Origin: Escherichia phage HX01
DNA: 64,000 bases
Sequence record: NC_018855.1
Strand: one strand, 5' to 3'
Below the pieces are notes generated by a model. The model ran no database searches and was not told the origin of the DNA. It worked only from the letters and a program-made list of their open reading frames with translations. Numbering within the stretch: the first letter of the stretch is position 1; each line of letters begins with the position of its first letter. Shown here piece by piece: positions 27,159 through 35,923 of this stretch. The position numbers and the translations under genes are program-made.

Positions 27159-28972
27159 CAATTGAAAAAGAAATTGAAGGATTGATTCATAAAACTAATA
27201 AAGACCTTTTGAACGAGAATGCTAATAAAGATTCTCGTGTTTTTCCAACTCAACGGGACCTTATGGCTGGTATTGTGTCTAAGCACATTGCCAAAAATAT
27301 GGTCCCGTCTTTTATTATGAAAGCACATGAAAGCGGAATTATCCATTTCCATGATATTGATTATTCCCCTGCTCTTCCATTTACTAATTGCTGTTTAGTA
27401 GATTTAAAAGGAATGCTTGAAAACGGGTTTAAGCTAGGTAATGCTCAAATTGAAACGCCTAAATCGATTGGTGTTGCTACTGCAATTATGGCACAAATTA
27501 CCGCACAGGTTGCTTCACATCAGTACGGCGGAACGACTTTTGCTAATGTAGATAAAGTACTTTCTCCTTATGTTAAACGCACCTATGCAAAACATATTGA
27601 GGATGCAGAAAAATGGCAAATCGCTGATGCGTTGAATTATGCCCAATCTAAAACAGAAAAAGACGTATACGATGCATTTCAAGCTTATGAGTATGAAGTA
27701 AATACTCTTTTTAGCTCAAACGGTCAAACGCCTTTTGTAACAATTACATTTGGTACTGGAACTGACTGGACTGAACGAATTATTCAGAAAGCAATTCTTA
27801 AAAACCGCATTAAAGGCCTTGGTCGTGATGGAATAACTCCTATTTTCCCTAAACTTGTTATGTTCATTGAAGAGGGTGTCAATCTTTATAAAGACGACCC
27901 GAACTATGATATTAAGCAGCTTGCTCTAGAGTGTGCAAGCAAAAGAATGTATCCTGATATTATTTCAGTTAAGAACAATAAAGCTATCACTGGTTCATCT
28001 ATTCCTGTTTCTCCAATGGGTTGTCGTAGTTTCTTGAGTGTATGGAAAGATTCGACTGGAAATGAAATTCTTGATGGACGTAATAATCTTGGTGTTGTAA
28101 CACTGAATCTTCCTCGTATTGCGTTAGATTCTTATATTGGAACACAATTCAATGAACAGAAATTTGTTGAGCTATTTAATGAACGAATGGATCTGTGTTT
28201 TGAAGCCTTGATGTGTAGAATTAGTTCTTTAAAGGGTGTTAAAGCAACTGTTGCTCCTATTCTTTACCAAGAAGGTGCATTCGGGGTTCGTCTTAAACCT
28301 GATGACGATATAATTGAGTTATTTAAAAACGGTAGAAGTTCAGTGTCCCTAGGATACATTGGTATTCACGAATTGAATATTCTTGTCGGACGTGATATTG
28401 GACAGGAAATTTTGACTAAAATGAATGCTCGTCTTAAGCAGTGGACTGAAAGAACCGGTTTTGCTTTTAGCTTGTATTCTACTCCTGCTGAAAACCTGTG
28501 CTATCGCTTCTGTAAACTTGATACAGAAAAATATGGAAGTGTAAAGGATGTTACTGATAAAGGCTGGTACACTAACAGTTTCCATGTTTCAGTAGAAGAA
28601 AATATCACTCCGTTTGAAAAGATTTCTCGCGAAGCCCCATATCATTTCATTGCGACAGGTGGTCACATTTCTTATGTTGAACTTCCTGATATGAAAAATA
28701 ACCTAAAAGGTCTTGAGGCTGTATGGGATTATGCTGCACAGCATTTAGATTATTTTGGTGTTAATATGCCAGTAGATAAATGTTTTACATGTGGAAGTAC
28801 CCATGAAATGACTCCTACTGAAAACGGATTTGTTTGTTCTATTTGTGGAGAAACTGATCCTAAAAAGATGAACACCATAAGAAGAACATGCGGTTATCTT
28901 GGAAATCCGAACGAACGCGGATTTAATCTCGGCAAAAATAAAGAAATCATGCATAGGGTTAAACACCAATGA
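27155..28972 (+). CDS. nrdD: anaerobic ribonucleoside-triphosphate reductase
   Basis: 605 aa, C-terminal Cys cluster and glycyl-radical region; matches T4 NrdD size and position. Confidence 0.93.
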   Translation: MTIEKEIEGLIHKTNKDLLNENANKDSRVFPTQRDLMAGIVSKHIAKNMVPSFIMKAHESGIIHFHDIDYSPALPFTNCCLVDLKGMLENGFKLGNAQIETPKSIGVATAIMAQITAQVASHQYGGTTFANVDKVLSPYVKRTYAKHIEDAEKWQIADALNYAQSKTEKDVYDAFQAYEYEVNTLFSSNGQTPFVTITFGTGTDWTERIIQKAILKNRIKGLGRDGITPIFPKLVMFIEEGVNLYKDDPNYDIKQLALECASKRMYPDIISVKNNKAITGSSIPVSPMGCRSFLSVWKDSTGNEILDGRNNLGVVTLNLPRIALDSYIGTQFNEQKFVELFNERMDLCFEALMCRISSLKGVKATVAPILYQEGAFGVRLKPDDDIIELFKNGRSSVSLGYIGIHELNILVGRDIGQEILTKMNARLKQWTERTGFAFSLYSTPAENLCYRFCKLDTEKYGSVKDVTDKGWYTNSFHVSVEENITPFEKISREAPYHFIATGGHISYVELPDMKNNLKGLEAVWDYAAQHLDYFGVNMPVDKCFTCGSTHEMTPTENGFVCSICGETDPKKMNTIRRTCGYLGNPNERGFNLGKNKEIMHRVKHQ

Positions 28973-29439
28973 ATTATGATAGATTTTATCCTTGCGATTT
29001 TGTGAATGGCCCTGGTTGCAGGGTCGTTCTTTTCGTTACAGGTTGTTTGCATAAATGCGAAGGGTGTTATAATAAATCAACATGGAACGCTAGAAATGGT
29101 ATTCCATTCACGGGTGAAACACTGGAACAATTAATTGAATGTTTGAATAATGATTATATAGAAGGATTAACTATAACTGGAGGAGACCCTCTCTATCCTG
29201 ATAACCGAGATGTTGTTCATTGCATTGTTCAAACAGTAAAAAATCTTTATCAAAATAAAAGCATTTGGTTGTGGACAGGATATAAGTTTGAAGATATTAA
29301 ACAACTAGAAATGCTTAAATATGTTGATGTTATTATTGATGGGAAGTATGAGAAAAATCTTCCGACCAAAAAACTGTGGCGAGGATCAGATAATCAGCGA
29401 CTTTGGTCAAATACCGATGGGGTGTGGAAACATGATTAA
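28969..29439 (+). CDS. nrdG: anaerobic RNR activating enzyme (radical SAM)
   Basis: CDFVNGPGCRVVLFVTGCLHKCEGCYN; ATGA-coupled to nrdD. Confidence 0.92.
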   Translation: MNYDRFYPCDFVNGPGCRVVLFVTGCLHKCEGCYNKSTWNARNGIPFTGETLEQLIECLNNDYIEGLTITGGDPLYPDNRDVVHCIVQTVKNLYQNKSIWLWTGYKFEDIKQLEMLKYVDVIIDGKYEKNLPTKKLWRGSDNQRLWSNTDGVWKHD

Positions 29440-29545
29440 ATTGAATTATATTATGGATACTATAAATGATATGATTTTTCATTTTGGTCCAGAATTTTAT
29501 TCGCAGTATAGTTTGGTGTTTATCAATGTTTGGTTAATCAATTAA
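29432..29545 (+). CDS. possible 37-aa peptide
   Basis: ATG overlapping nrdG stop; weak. Confidence 0.25.
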   Translation: MIKLNYIMDTINDMIFHFGPEFYSQYSLVFINVWLIN

Positions 29546-29553
29546 GGGTAAAT

Positions 29554-29769
29554 ATGTATAAATTTCGTAAAGGTTTAGCTGATTTTCTTACAACTGTAAC
29601 GTTCTTTTTGTTTATGGCAGTTGGAGCTATTTTTCTTATTCCTTTTACTGTTGTATTTTTCTTGATTAGTTTAATTTCTCCGGAAAAGGGATTATCCTCC
29701 AGCGAATTCAATGAACGTTTGGACAAAATTACTAATAAACTGAATTCTGTTCTTGATAAAAAGGCTTAA
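29554..29769 (+). CDS. small membrane protein
   Basis: ORF track 29530..29769; ATG 29554; hydrophobic core. Confidence 0.5.
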   Translation: MYKFRKGLADFLTTVTFFLFMAVGAIFLIPFTVVFFLISLISPEKGLSSSEFNERLDKITNKLNSVLDKKA

Positions 29770-29771
29770 TT

Positions 29772-30089
29772 ATGATTAGTTTTGAGCGGTATGTGGTAGA
29801 GAGTTGGAAAGGTTTTGATATGTTCGGTAATGACTATTATTTCTATGAATGTAGTCTAAATCCTAGTTTTTGGGCTGGACGTGAACGAGAACTCGAAGAA
29901 ATTAATAACCGTGCCGAATTGTTAGGTGAATTACCTACGGTTTATTTTACCTTTGATGCATCTGGATTTGTTATCCAGGTTTATTTTCCTGAAGAAAACT
30001 CTGGTGATGATTCTGTTAATCCTCCTTATTGGGCTTACCAAGGAATTATTTCTCGTGGAACAAAACTCGAACTTAAAGAACAAGATTGA
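29772..30089 (+). CDS. hypothetical protein
   Basis: 105 aa. Confidence 0.55.
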   Translation: MISFERYVVESWKGFDMFGNDYYFYECSLNPSFWAGRERELEEINNRAELLGELPTVYFTFDASGFVIQVYFPEENSGDDSVNPPYWAYQGIISRGTKLELKEQD

Positions 30090-30378
30090 AATTTATGGCA
30101 TCCCTGAAGAAGTAGGACGTTGTCCAGGATGTTATACTGTTACAAAACTTTTAAAGGAGCTCAATGCTCCTTATACATTTTATAAAGTCCTCACTAATAA
30201 TGGTAAGATTGAATATGACCGTCCTTTAATCGTATCTCTTGCTAAACGTGCAGGATTCACTTCACTTAATATTCGTTATCCTGTCATATTTTTAAATGAT
30301 AAGAAACAAAAGAATATTGCAGAGTTTAAAAAGTCCTTGATTTCATTAGGATATGACTCTGATATCATAGAAGATTGA
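30085..30378 (+). CDS. nrdH: glutaredoxin-like protein (NrdH-like); start codon unresolved
   Basis: KIEIYGIPEEVGRCPGCYTVTKLL redoxin CxxC; no in-frame ATG near the conserved N-terminus (ATT at 30085, or ATG 30007 giving a hydrophobic extension). Confidence 0.55.
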   Translation: MEIYGIPEEVGRCPGCYTVTKLLKELNAPYTFYKVLTNNGKIEYDRPLIVSLAKRAGFTSLNIRYPVIFLNDKKQKNIAEFKKSLISLGYDSDIIED

Positions 30379-30400
30379 CCAGGTGCCGCCTGGTCTTCTT
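30377..30400 (+). terminator. putative terminator hairpin
   Basis: GACCAGG-TGCCG-CCTGGTC then TTCTTT. Confidence 0.45.
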
Positions 30401-30543
30401 TATCTCATTTCTAATATAATCCATTGGAATCTTCACTTCACTATCTCCTTGTGCCCCTCTCAAATCGAAAATATTTTCATAAAACAGTTTACATCCTCAA
30501 TAGATGTGTTAAGATTAAACCATCTACTATAGAGGAAAATAAA

Positions 30544-30726
30544 ATGACAATTGAAGATAAAGAAATTAAGGTCGACCAGTACTATTCTGTCAATGGTAAT
30601 GCAGTACAGATAACCAGAGTTTCAAGCCTGGATGTTTGGTACCATTCAATCAAATATCCAGAAATTGGTGAAATGCTTTGTGACCGTGGTATCTTCTGTT
30701 CAATTGCGAAGGAAATTAAGCCATGA
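30544..30726 (+). CDS. hypothetical protein
   Basis: ORF track 30424..30726; ATG 30544 after GTTTAC promoter (30486) and SD AGAGG. Confidence 0.5.
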   Translation: MTIEDKEIKVDQYYSVNGNAVQITRVSSLDVWYHSIKYPEIGEMLCDRGIFCSIAKEIKP

Positions 30727-30971
30727 TTAGTTTAGATTCAAAGAAAGTTGTTCTAACTCTTAATGTAAACAACGAACGTCCGATATTCATTACCATTTCC
30801 GATTTGCATGTTGAAATTGCTAATGGCGTCCGTACTTATCAAACGTCTAAAACACAATGGGACTATATCCCAATGTTGACGCTTACTCAGCGTTTAGAAT
30901 CAATCGGTCTTAAAGACCTTTCAGTAAGTGAAGTGAATTTTATCAAACGCATTGTATCAATCAACCTCTGA
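30723..30971 (+). CDS. hypothetical protein
   Basis: ATGA-coupled. Confidence 0.5.
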   Translation: MISLDSKKVVLTLNVNNERPIFITISDLHVEIANGVRTYQTSKTQWDYIPMLTLTQRLESIGLKDLSVSEVNFIKRIVSINL

Positions 30972-30978
30972 GGTACTT

Positions 30979-31272
30979 ATGGGTAAAACATATCGTCGTA
31001 AAGATTTGAAAGTTCGCGATTACGACTATTTTGGTAAACGTAAAGCTCCTGACGGTGTTAGCCACAAAGACATGGTTGAAAACATTTTCCGCTCAGATAA
31101 ATGGAAACGTATGAAAGGCGTTGATTCTGAAGTCAAGAACGAAATGAATCGACAACTTCGCAAAGAAGTTCGTAAGTTGAAAAAAGATGTTTACAGTAAA
31201 GAAGAGTATGATTATAATACTTCTCATACTGAAGCCAAACGTAAAGCTAACGAATGTTATCGTTACAGTTGA
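30979..31272 (+). CDS. hypothetical basic protein
   Basis: ATG 30979 after SD GAGGT. Confidence 0.5.
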   Translation: MGKTYRRKDLKVRDYDYFGKRKAPDGVSHKDMVENIFRSDKWKRMKGVDSEVKNEMNRQLRKEVRKLKKDVYSKEEYDYNTSHTEAKRKANECYRYS

Positions 31273-31279
31273 GGAAATT

Positions 31280-31414
31280 ATGAATATCAAACGAATGCTT
31301 TTTAAGCAGGGATTATATACTTTAAATGTTAATCCAAAGGGTGATACAACTAAATGGTCTGTAAATGACTGGATTAAGTTCATCGATGAAAATGGGGCGT
31401 GGAACACAAAATGA
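31280..31414 (+). CDS. possible 44-aa protein
   Basis: ATG after SD GAGGAAA. Confidence 0.35.
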   Translation: MNIKRMLFKQGLYTLNVNPKGDTTKWSVNDWIKFIDENGAWNTK

Positions 31415-31611
31415 ATCCTGAAAATATTGTGTCATGGCAACTTCGTGAAGAACGTGCCGAATTCTTTGCCAATATGAAACTCAACGGCGTTGAGGACGAA
31501 GACTTCTTACGCTGGTTCTGGATTTACAAATACAAAGAATGTCAACATGCTGTGCTATTGACTTGCGCAGCTATGTACGAAGGCTGGAAAGGCGCTAAAA
31601 AGTTCGGTTAA
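31411..31611 (+). CDS. hypothetical protein
   Basis: ATGA-coupled. Confidence 0.5.
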   Translation: MNPENIVSWQLREERAEFFANMKLNGVEDEDFLRWFWIYKYKECQHAVLLTCAAMYEGWKGAKKFG

Positions 31612-31674
31612 TAATGTACAACGATAGGAAGACATGTTATTATCTTCCTATCGTCTTAAAATGAGGAAAATATC

Positions 31675-31914
31675 ATGGCCCAAGAATTAGATTTTATCAA
31701 ATTCAAAAAACACCTCGACGTTAAAATTGGGGATTCAATTGTTAGGATTGAGTATGACATTTTAACAGATGCTATTACTGTTAGTTGTGATGGAAATAGT
31801 TTCAGCTTCGATACAACAGAAAACAAATACCCAATATATAAAGGTATCTTTGATATGGGTGTCGATATCAGCCCACGCGATACAAATTACTTGCTTTTCA
31901 TGCTTAAAAAATAG
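31675..31914 (+). CDS. hypothetical protein
   Basis: 79 aa; upstream inverted repeat CGATAGGAAGA/TCTTCCTATCG around TGTTATTAT. Confidence 0.55.
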   Translation: MAQELDFIKFKKHLDVKIGDSIVRIEYDILTDAITVSCDGNSFSFDTTENKYPIYKGIFDMGVDISPRDTNYLLFMLKK

Positions 31915-31950
31915 TGTACAGACTCTTGAGAGCAGAGTATAATGCTCTCA
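31915..31950 (+). promoter_or_regulatory. early-type promoter; copy of the 2437 cassette
   Basis: 28-nt identity ACTCTTGAGAGCAGAGTATAATGCTCTC with 2444-2471. Confidence 0.5.
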
Positions 31951-31980
31951 TTGGATAATAAAATAACCGAGGAAAATAAT

Positions 31981-32313
31981 ATGTCTACTAAAATCAAAAA
32001 CGTAGTTAATTCTTTCGCTTTCGATAAAGTTGTTGCTCTTCTGGAATCCGGCAATATTGTTACTCCTCAAGTCCTTGACGCGTGGGAATTCCGTCTTTAT
32101 GAAATCATGCAAAAACACGACCAGAAAATTGGACGTAATTCTATTCGTGAAATTCTAGTACAATATATTCTTTCTGAATTTGACGTTGCTGCATTTGGTG
32201 TTGAATCTAAAGCTTATCAGAAACATGAAATCTCTGAAAAGACTATCCGTCGTATGAAAAATCAACGTAAGAAAAAATTCGTTGACCTGAAAATTGTTAA
32301 GGCGGTAAAATGA
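31981..32313 (+). CDS. hypothetical protein
   Basis: ORF track 31942..32313; ATG 31981. Confidence 0.55.
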   Translation: MSTKIKNVVNSFAFDKVVALLESGNIVTPQVLDAWEFRLYEIMQKHDQKIGRNSIREILVQYILSEFDVAAFGVESKAYQKHEISEKTIRRMKNQRKKKFVDLKIVKAVK

Positions 32314-32537
32314 GCGTATTAACAGAAACTTTGATTAATGACCTGCGTCTAGCTGGTTACGAAGTTGGTACAAATAGTCTAGGTCTTCCTCAGATTGAAG
32401 GGCTTGGATTTATCCTAGAATATGAATTCAAACAATGGTGGTTATATGCTACGGTTGACGATGCGTTGAATATTGATTTCGTTGACCAATTTGATTCGCT
32501 GGATGCTGCTCTTGAAGCAGCAAAGGAACTAGAATGA
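32310..32537 (+). CDS. hypothetical protein
   Basis: ATGA-coupled. Confidence 0.5.
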   Translation: MSVLTETLINDLRLAGYEVGTNSLGLPQIEGLGFILEYEFKQWWLYATVDDALNIDFVDQFDSLDAALEAAKELE

Positions 32538-32803
32538 AATTAACTCGAATCAGTATAACTGAAGAAAAGCTGGGCGAATTCTATGTTGACGAATACATGA
32601 AAGTCACGTATTTTCCATTCGTTAAAGGTGTTGGTTTTTGGGAAACTCATGTATCTCAATTAAACGAAGGCGACTATAACGAAACACATGAGAACTTTTT
32701 AGATTTTCTTTATAATGCCGGTCTTACTGAGCTTTATATCGATATCCATGAGTTCAAACGTTTAATGGAAAAAGTGTTTCAGGCTTATTGTTTGCTCCGA
32801 TAG
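32534..32803 (+). CDS. hypothetical protein
   Basis: ATGA-coupled. Confidence 0.5.
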   Translation: MKLTRISITEEKLGEFYVDEYMKVTYFPFVKGVGFWETHVSQLNEGDYNETHENFLDFLYNAGLTELYIDIHEFKRLMEKVFQAYCLLR

Positions 32804-32875
32804 TATCTCGTGCTTTAAGATAGGTCTCTAAATATTATGATATAATAGACCTATGAATTGAGCTAAGAGGTACTT

Positions 32876-33433
32876 ATGACTGAACAAAAACCTAAAAATA
32901 ACTATGTGAATAATAAAGAGCTTCTCGCCGCTATAATCGAGTGGAAAAAGGAGCTCTTAAATAATAAAGACCCAAACAAAATTATTCGTCAGAATGATAC
33001 CATCGGTTTAGCAATTATGCTTATCGCCGAAGGCCTGTCTAAACGTTTCAACTTTTCAGGATATACCCAGTCTTGGAAGCAGGAGATGATTGCAGATGGG
33101 ATTGAAGCCTCTATTAAGGGACTTCATAATTTCGACGAAACTAAGTACAATAACCCACATGCATACATAACTCGAGCTTGTTTTAATGCTTTTGTCCAAC
33201 GTATCAAAAAAGAGCGTAAGGAAGTTGCAAAGAAATATAGTTACTTCGTTCATAATGTCTACGACAGTCATGACGATGATATGGTAGCGTTGGTAGATGA
33301 AACGTTTATTCAAGACATCTACGATAAAATGACGCATTATGAAGAATCCGCTTATAAAGCTCCTGGGGCTGAAAAGAAGGAAGTTGTTAGCGATTCGCCT
33401 AGTTTGGATTTTTTATATGAGGATGACAATTGA
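32876..33433 (+). CDS. 55: late-transcription sigma factor gp55
   Basis: 185 aa; NYVNNKELL...[39 protein letters not shown] matches T4 gp55. Confidence 0.95.
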   Translation: MTEQKPKNNYVNNKELLAAIIEWKKELLNNKDPNKIIRQNDTIGLAIMLIAEGLSKRFNFSGYTQSWKQEMIADGIEASIKGLHNFDETKYNNPHAYITRACFNAFVQRIKKERKEVAKKYSYFVHNVYDSHDDDMVALVDETFIQDIYDKMTHYEESAYKAPGAEKKEVVSDSPSLDFLYEDDN

Positions 33434-33632
33434 CATCTCTAACTACTTAGAAGAACCTTTTGACGAAGCAATCCCTTATTTGGTAAAACTGTTGGGTCGT
33501 GAATTTAAAATTAATTTTGACATCGACCCTTTGAACCCACATGACGTGTCATTTTCGATAAATGGGACTCCGGTTGAGTATGAGTTCTGTATTGAAGAGG
33601 ATGGACGTTTTTATTTTAATTTAATGAGATAA
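33417..33632 (+). CDS. hypothetical protein
   Basis: ORF track 33339..33632 overlaps gene 55; start uncertain. Confidence 0.4.
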   Translation: MRMTIDISNYLEEPFDEAIPYLVKLLGREFKINFDIDPLNPHDVSFSINGTPVEYEFCIEEDGRFYFNLMR

Positions 33633-33633
33633 T

Positions 33634-33957
33634 ATGACTACCGAGATTATTGAAAATAAAGAAGCAGAAGATGCAGTAGCTAAAATGCTACAAGAAATCC
33701 AAAAGAAAAATGAAGCTGAAGCACGTAAAAAATCCGAAAAGATTCTTAAAAAGAATCGTTTTGAACTAAACCGTCTTTATGCTCATGCTCAAGAAGCAGC
33801 AATTCAAAACAACTTCGAAGCTTACGAATATGCTATTAAGAAATCTCGGGATATTCTACGACAACCATATAATGACAAGTTAATTAAAATCCAGTGGATT
33901 ACTACTCGTCAGGCTATTGAGGACATCATTAATGGCGCTAGTTCAAACAAAGTTTAA
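33634..33957 (+). CDS. hypothetical protein
   Basis: 107 aa. Confidence 0.55.
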   Translation: MTTEIIENKEAEDAVAKMLQEIQKKNEAEARKKSEKILKKNRFELNRLYAHAQEAAIQNNFEAYEYAIKKSRDILRQPYNDKLIKIQWITTRQAIEDIINGASSNKV

Positions 33958-34138
33958 ACGTCTTAATCTGAACGCAGGGTTCACCCTTAAATTGGGAGGT
34001 CCTCTTTGTGTTAAAATTTCTGAAAAGGAATATCACGACGGTTCTATTACAGAAATTTGTCCGCCTATTGTAAAGGCAGACCCAAAACAACTCGTGTGGG
34101 TTGATTCATTTCAAGTTAAGAAATGGTGGAAACGATGA
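33932..34138 (+). CDS. hypothetical protein
   Basis: ATG 33932 after SD GAGGA. Confidence 0.45.
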   Translation: MALVQTKFKRLNLNAGFTLKLGGPLCVKISEKEYHDGSITEICPPIVKADPKQLVWVDSFQVKKWWKR

Positions 34139-34177
34139 TAGAAATCGATTTAGGTATTTTCTGAGAGGTGATTATGT

Positions 34178-34354
34178 ATGACGAACACCCAGACTTCTGA
34201 AATAGATTATAATAAAATTCGTTCCTCTAAAGTAGAAATGATGAGACGCTTTAAAGAGTCTCATGATAAAGCTAAAGCAGAAGGAACTATAACATATAAG
34301 CCCATTCGATTTAAAAGTTCAAATGAGCCTCTGTACGGTGTACTATGTGGATAG
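34178..34354 (+). CDS. hypothetical protein (58 aa)
   Basis: ATG after SD GAGAGG; read manually; followed by terminator. Confidence 0.45.
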   Translation: MTNTQTSEIDYNKIRSSKVEMMRRFKESHDKAKAEGTITYKPIRFKSSNEPLYGVLCG

Positions 34355-34378
34355 GAACTCTTCGGAGTTCCTTTTTTG
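34353..34378 (+). terminator. rho-independent terminator
   Basis: AGGAACTC-TTCG-GAGTTCCT then TTTTTT. Confidence 0.75.
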
Positions 34379-34423
34379 CTTTATAAACGGATGATAGAAT
34401 GAATTAACTAATGAGGAAATAAT

Positions 34424-35443
34424 ATGAAAATTTTGCACTTAGGCGACTTCCATATCGGAGTCAAACAAGACGACCCATGGGTTCAAGATATTCAACGTGA
34501 TGGTATTCGTCAAGCAATTGAATACTCTAAGAAACATGGGATTAAAACTTGGATTCAGTACGGTGATTGGTTTGACGTCCGTAAAGCAATAACACATCGT
34601 ACAATGGAATTCAATCGTGAAATTGTTGATATGATTTCTAAAGCAGGCATTCACGTTCATGTCACGATAGGAAACCATGACATGGCGTTTAAGAATACAA
34701 TAACACCTAACACTGTTTCTGAATTGTTAACTCAATTTGAAAACTTTACTATTTACGAGCATCCAACTACTGTTGATTTTGACGGATGTCTGATTGATAT
34801 CGTTCCATGGATGTGCGAAGAAAATACAGGTGAAATCTTAGAGCACATCAAGACTTCTTCTGCCGCGTATTGTGTTGGGCACTGGGAACTGAACGGCTTT
34901 TATTTCTATAAAGGAATGAAGTCTCATGGGCTTGAACCTGATTTCTTAAAGACCTACAAACAAGTCTGGTCCGGCCACTTCCACACAATCTCTGAAGCTG
35001 CTAACGTCAAATATATTGGGACACCATGGACCCTTACTGCAGGTGATGAGAACGACCCACGCGGATTCTGGGTATTTGACACTGATGTTGAACGTATGGA
35101 ATTTATTCCTAATGAAACAACATGGCATCGACGAATCACTTATCCGTTTAAAGGCAAAATCAATTATTCTGATTATACTAATCTAGCCGTACGTGTTATA
35201 GTATCAGAAATTGATTCAGAGTTGACTAAGTTTGAATCTGAACTTGAAAAAGTAGTTCACTCTCTTCGTATGGTTTCTAAAGTTGATAACAGTGTTGAAT
35301 CTGATGACGACCAGGAAATCGAGATTAAATCACTTCAAGATATCATTAAAGAATATATTGACGCGATTCCAGATATCTCAGACGAAGACAGAGAAGCGCT
35401 GGTCAAATATTCCAACGAACTTTATATTGAGGCAACACAATGA
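34424..35443 (+). CDS. 47: recombination nuclease subunit gp47 (Mre11-like)
   Basis: MKILHLGDFHIG...GNHD phosphoesterase motifs. Confidence 0.93.
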   Translation: MKILHLGDFHIGVKQDDPWVQDIQRDGIRQAIEYSKKHGIKTWIQYGDWFDVRKAITHRTMEFNREIVDMISKAGIHVHVTIGNHDMAFKNTITPNTVSELLTQFENFTIYEHPTTVDFDGCLIDIVPWMCEENTGEILEHIKTSSAAYCVGHWELNGFYFYKGMKSHGLEPDFLKTYKQVWSGHFHTISEAANVKYIGTPWTLTAGDENDPRGFWVFDTDVERMEFIPNETTWHRRITYPFKGKINYSDYTNLAVRVIVSEIDSELTKFESELEKVVHSLRMVSKVDNSVESDDDQEIEIKSLQDIIKEYIDAIPDISDEDREALVKYSNELYIEATQ

Positions 35444-35697
35444 CTTTAGATGAATTTAACAATGCTGGTCTCAGGCTTGAAGTCGAAATGGGCGTTAAAG
35501 ATGATGATGGATTCGAGAACACTATCAAGTATTGGATTGAGCCATTACGCGTTGAAGGTAATGAAGTTAAAGCAGTTCATGTCTGCACCGACTGGGCTAT
35601 TGAATTTAGCTTTAATATAATGGACAACGATACTCCTGGCTCTATTCTTAAAATGGCTGAAGCGTGTATTGAGGATGCGTATAATGACGAAGACTGA
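35440..35697 (+). CDS. hypothetical protein
   Basis: ATGA-coupled. Confidence 0.5.
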   Translation: MTLDEFNNAGLRLEVEMGVKDDDGFENTIKYWIEPLRVEGNEVKAVHVCTDWAIEFSFNIMDNDTPGSILKMAEACIEDAYNDED

Positions 35698-35923
35698 TTA
35701 TGAAATCCATCGTCATGAATTTAGTATTGGTGACGGTTATATTGGTATCGTTGAATGGACTGAGAATTACGAGGAATCAACTCCTCGTTTCTTTGGAACA
35801 ATGTATGTTACCTGTGAGTACGCACCGGGTGTTGTTATGTATGCAGAACTAGATGAATATTTTGCTGATAGAGATGACATGTTAAAATATGTAGAGGACT
35901 TCATTCGAAGAGAATACATATGA
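35684..35923 (+). CDS. hypothetical protein
   Basis: ORF track 35669..35923; ATG 35684. Confidence 0.45.
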   Translation: MTKTDYEIHRHEFSIGDGYIGIVEWTENYEESTPRFFGTMYVTCEYAPGVVMYAELDEYFADRDDMLKYVEDFIRREYI

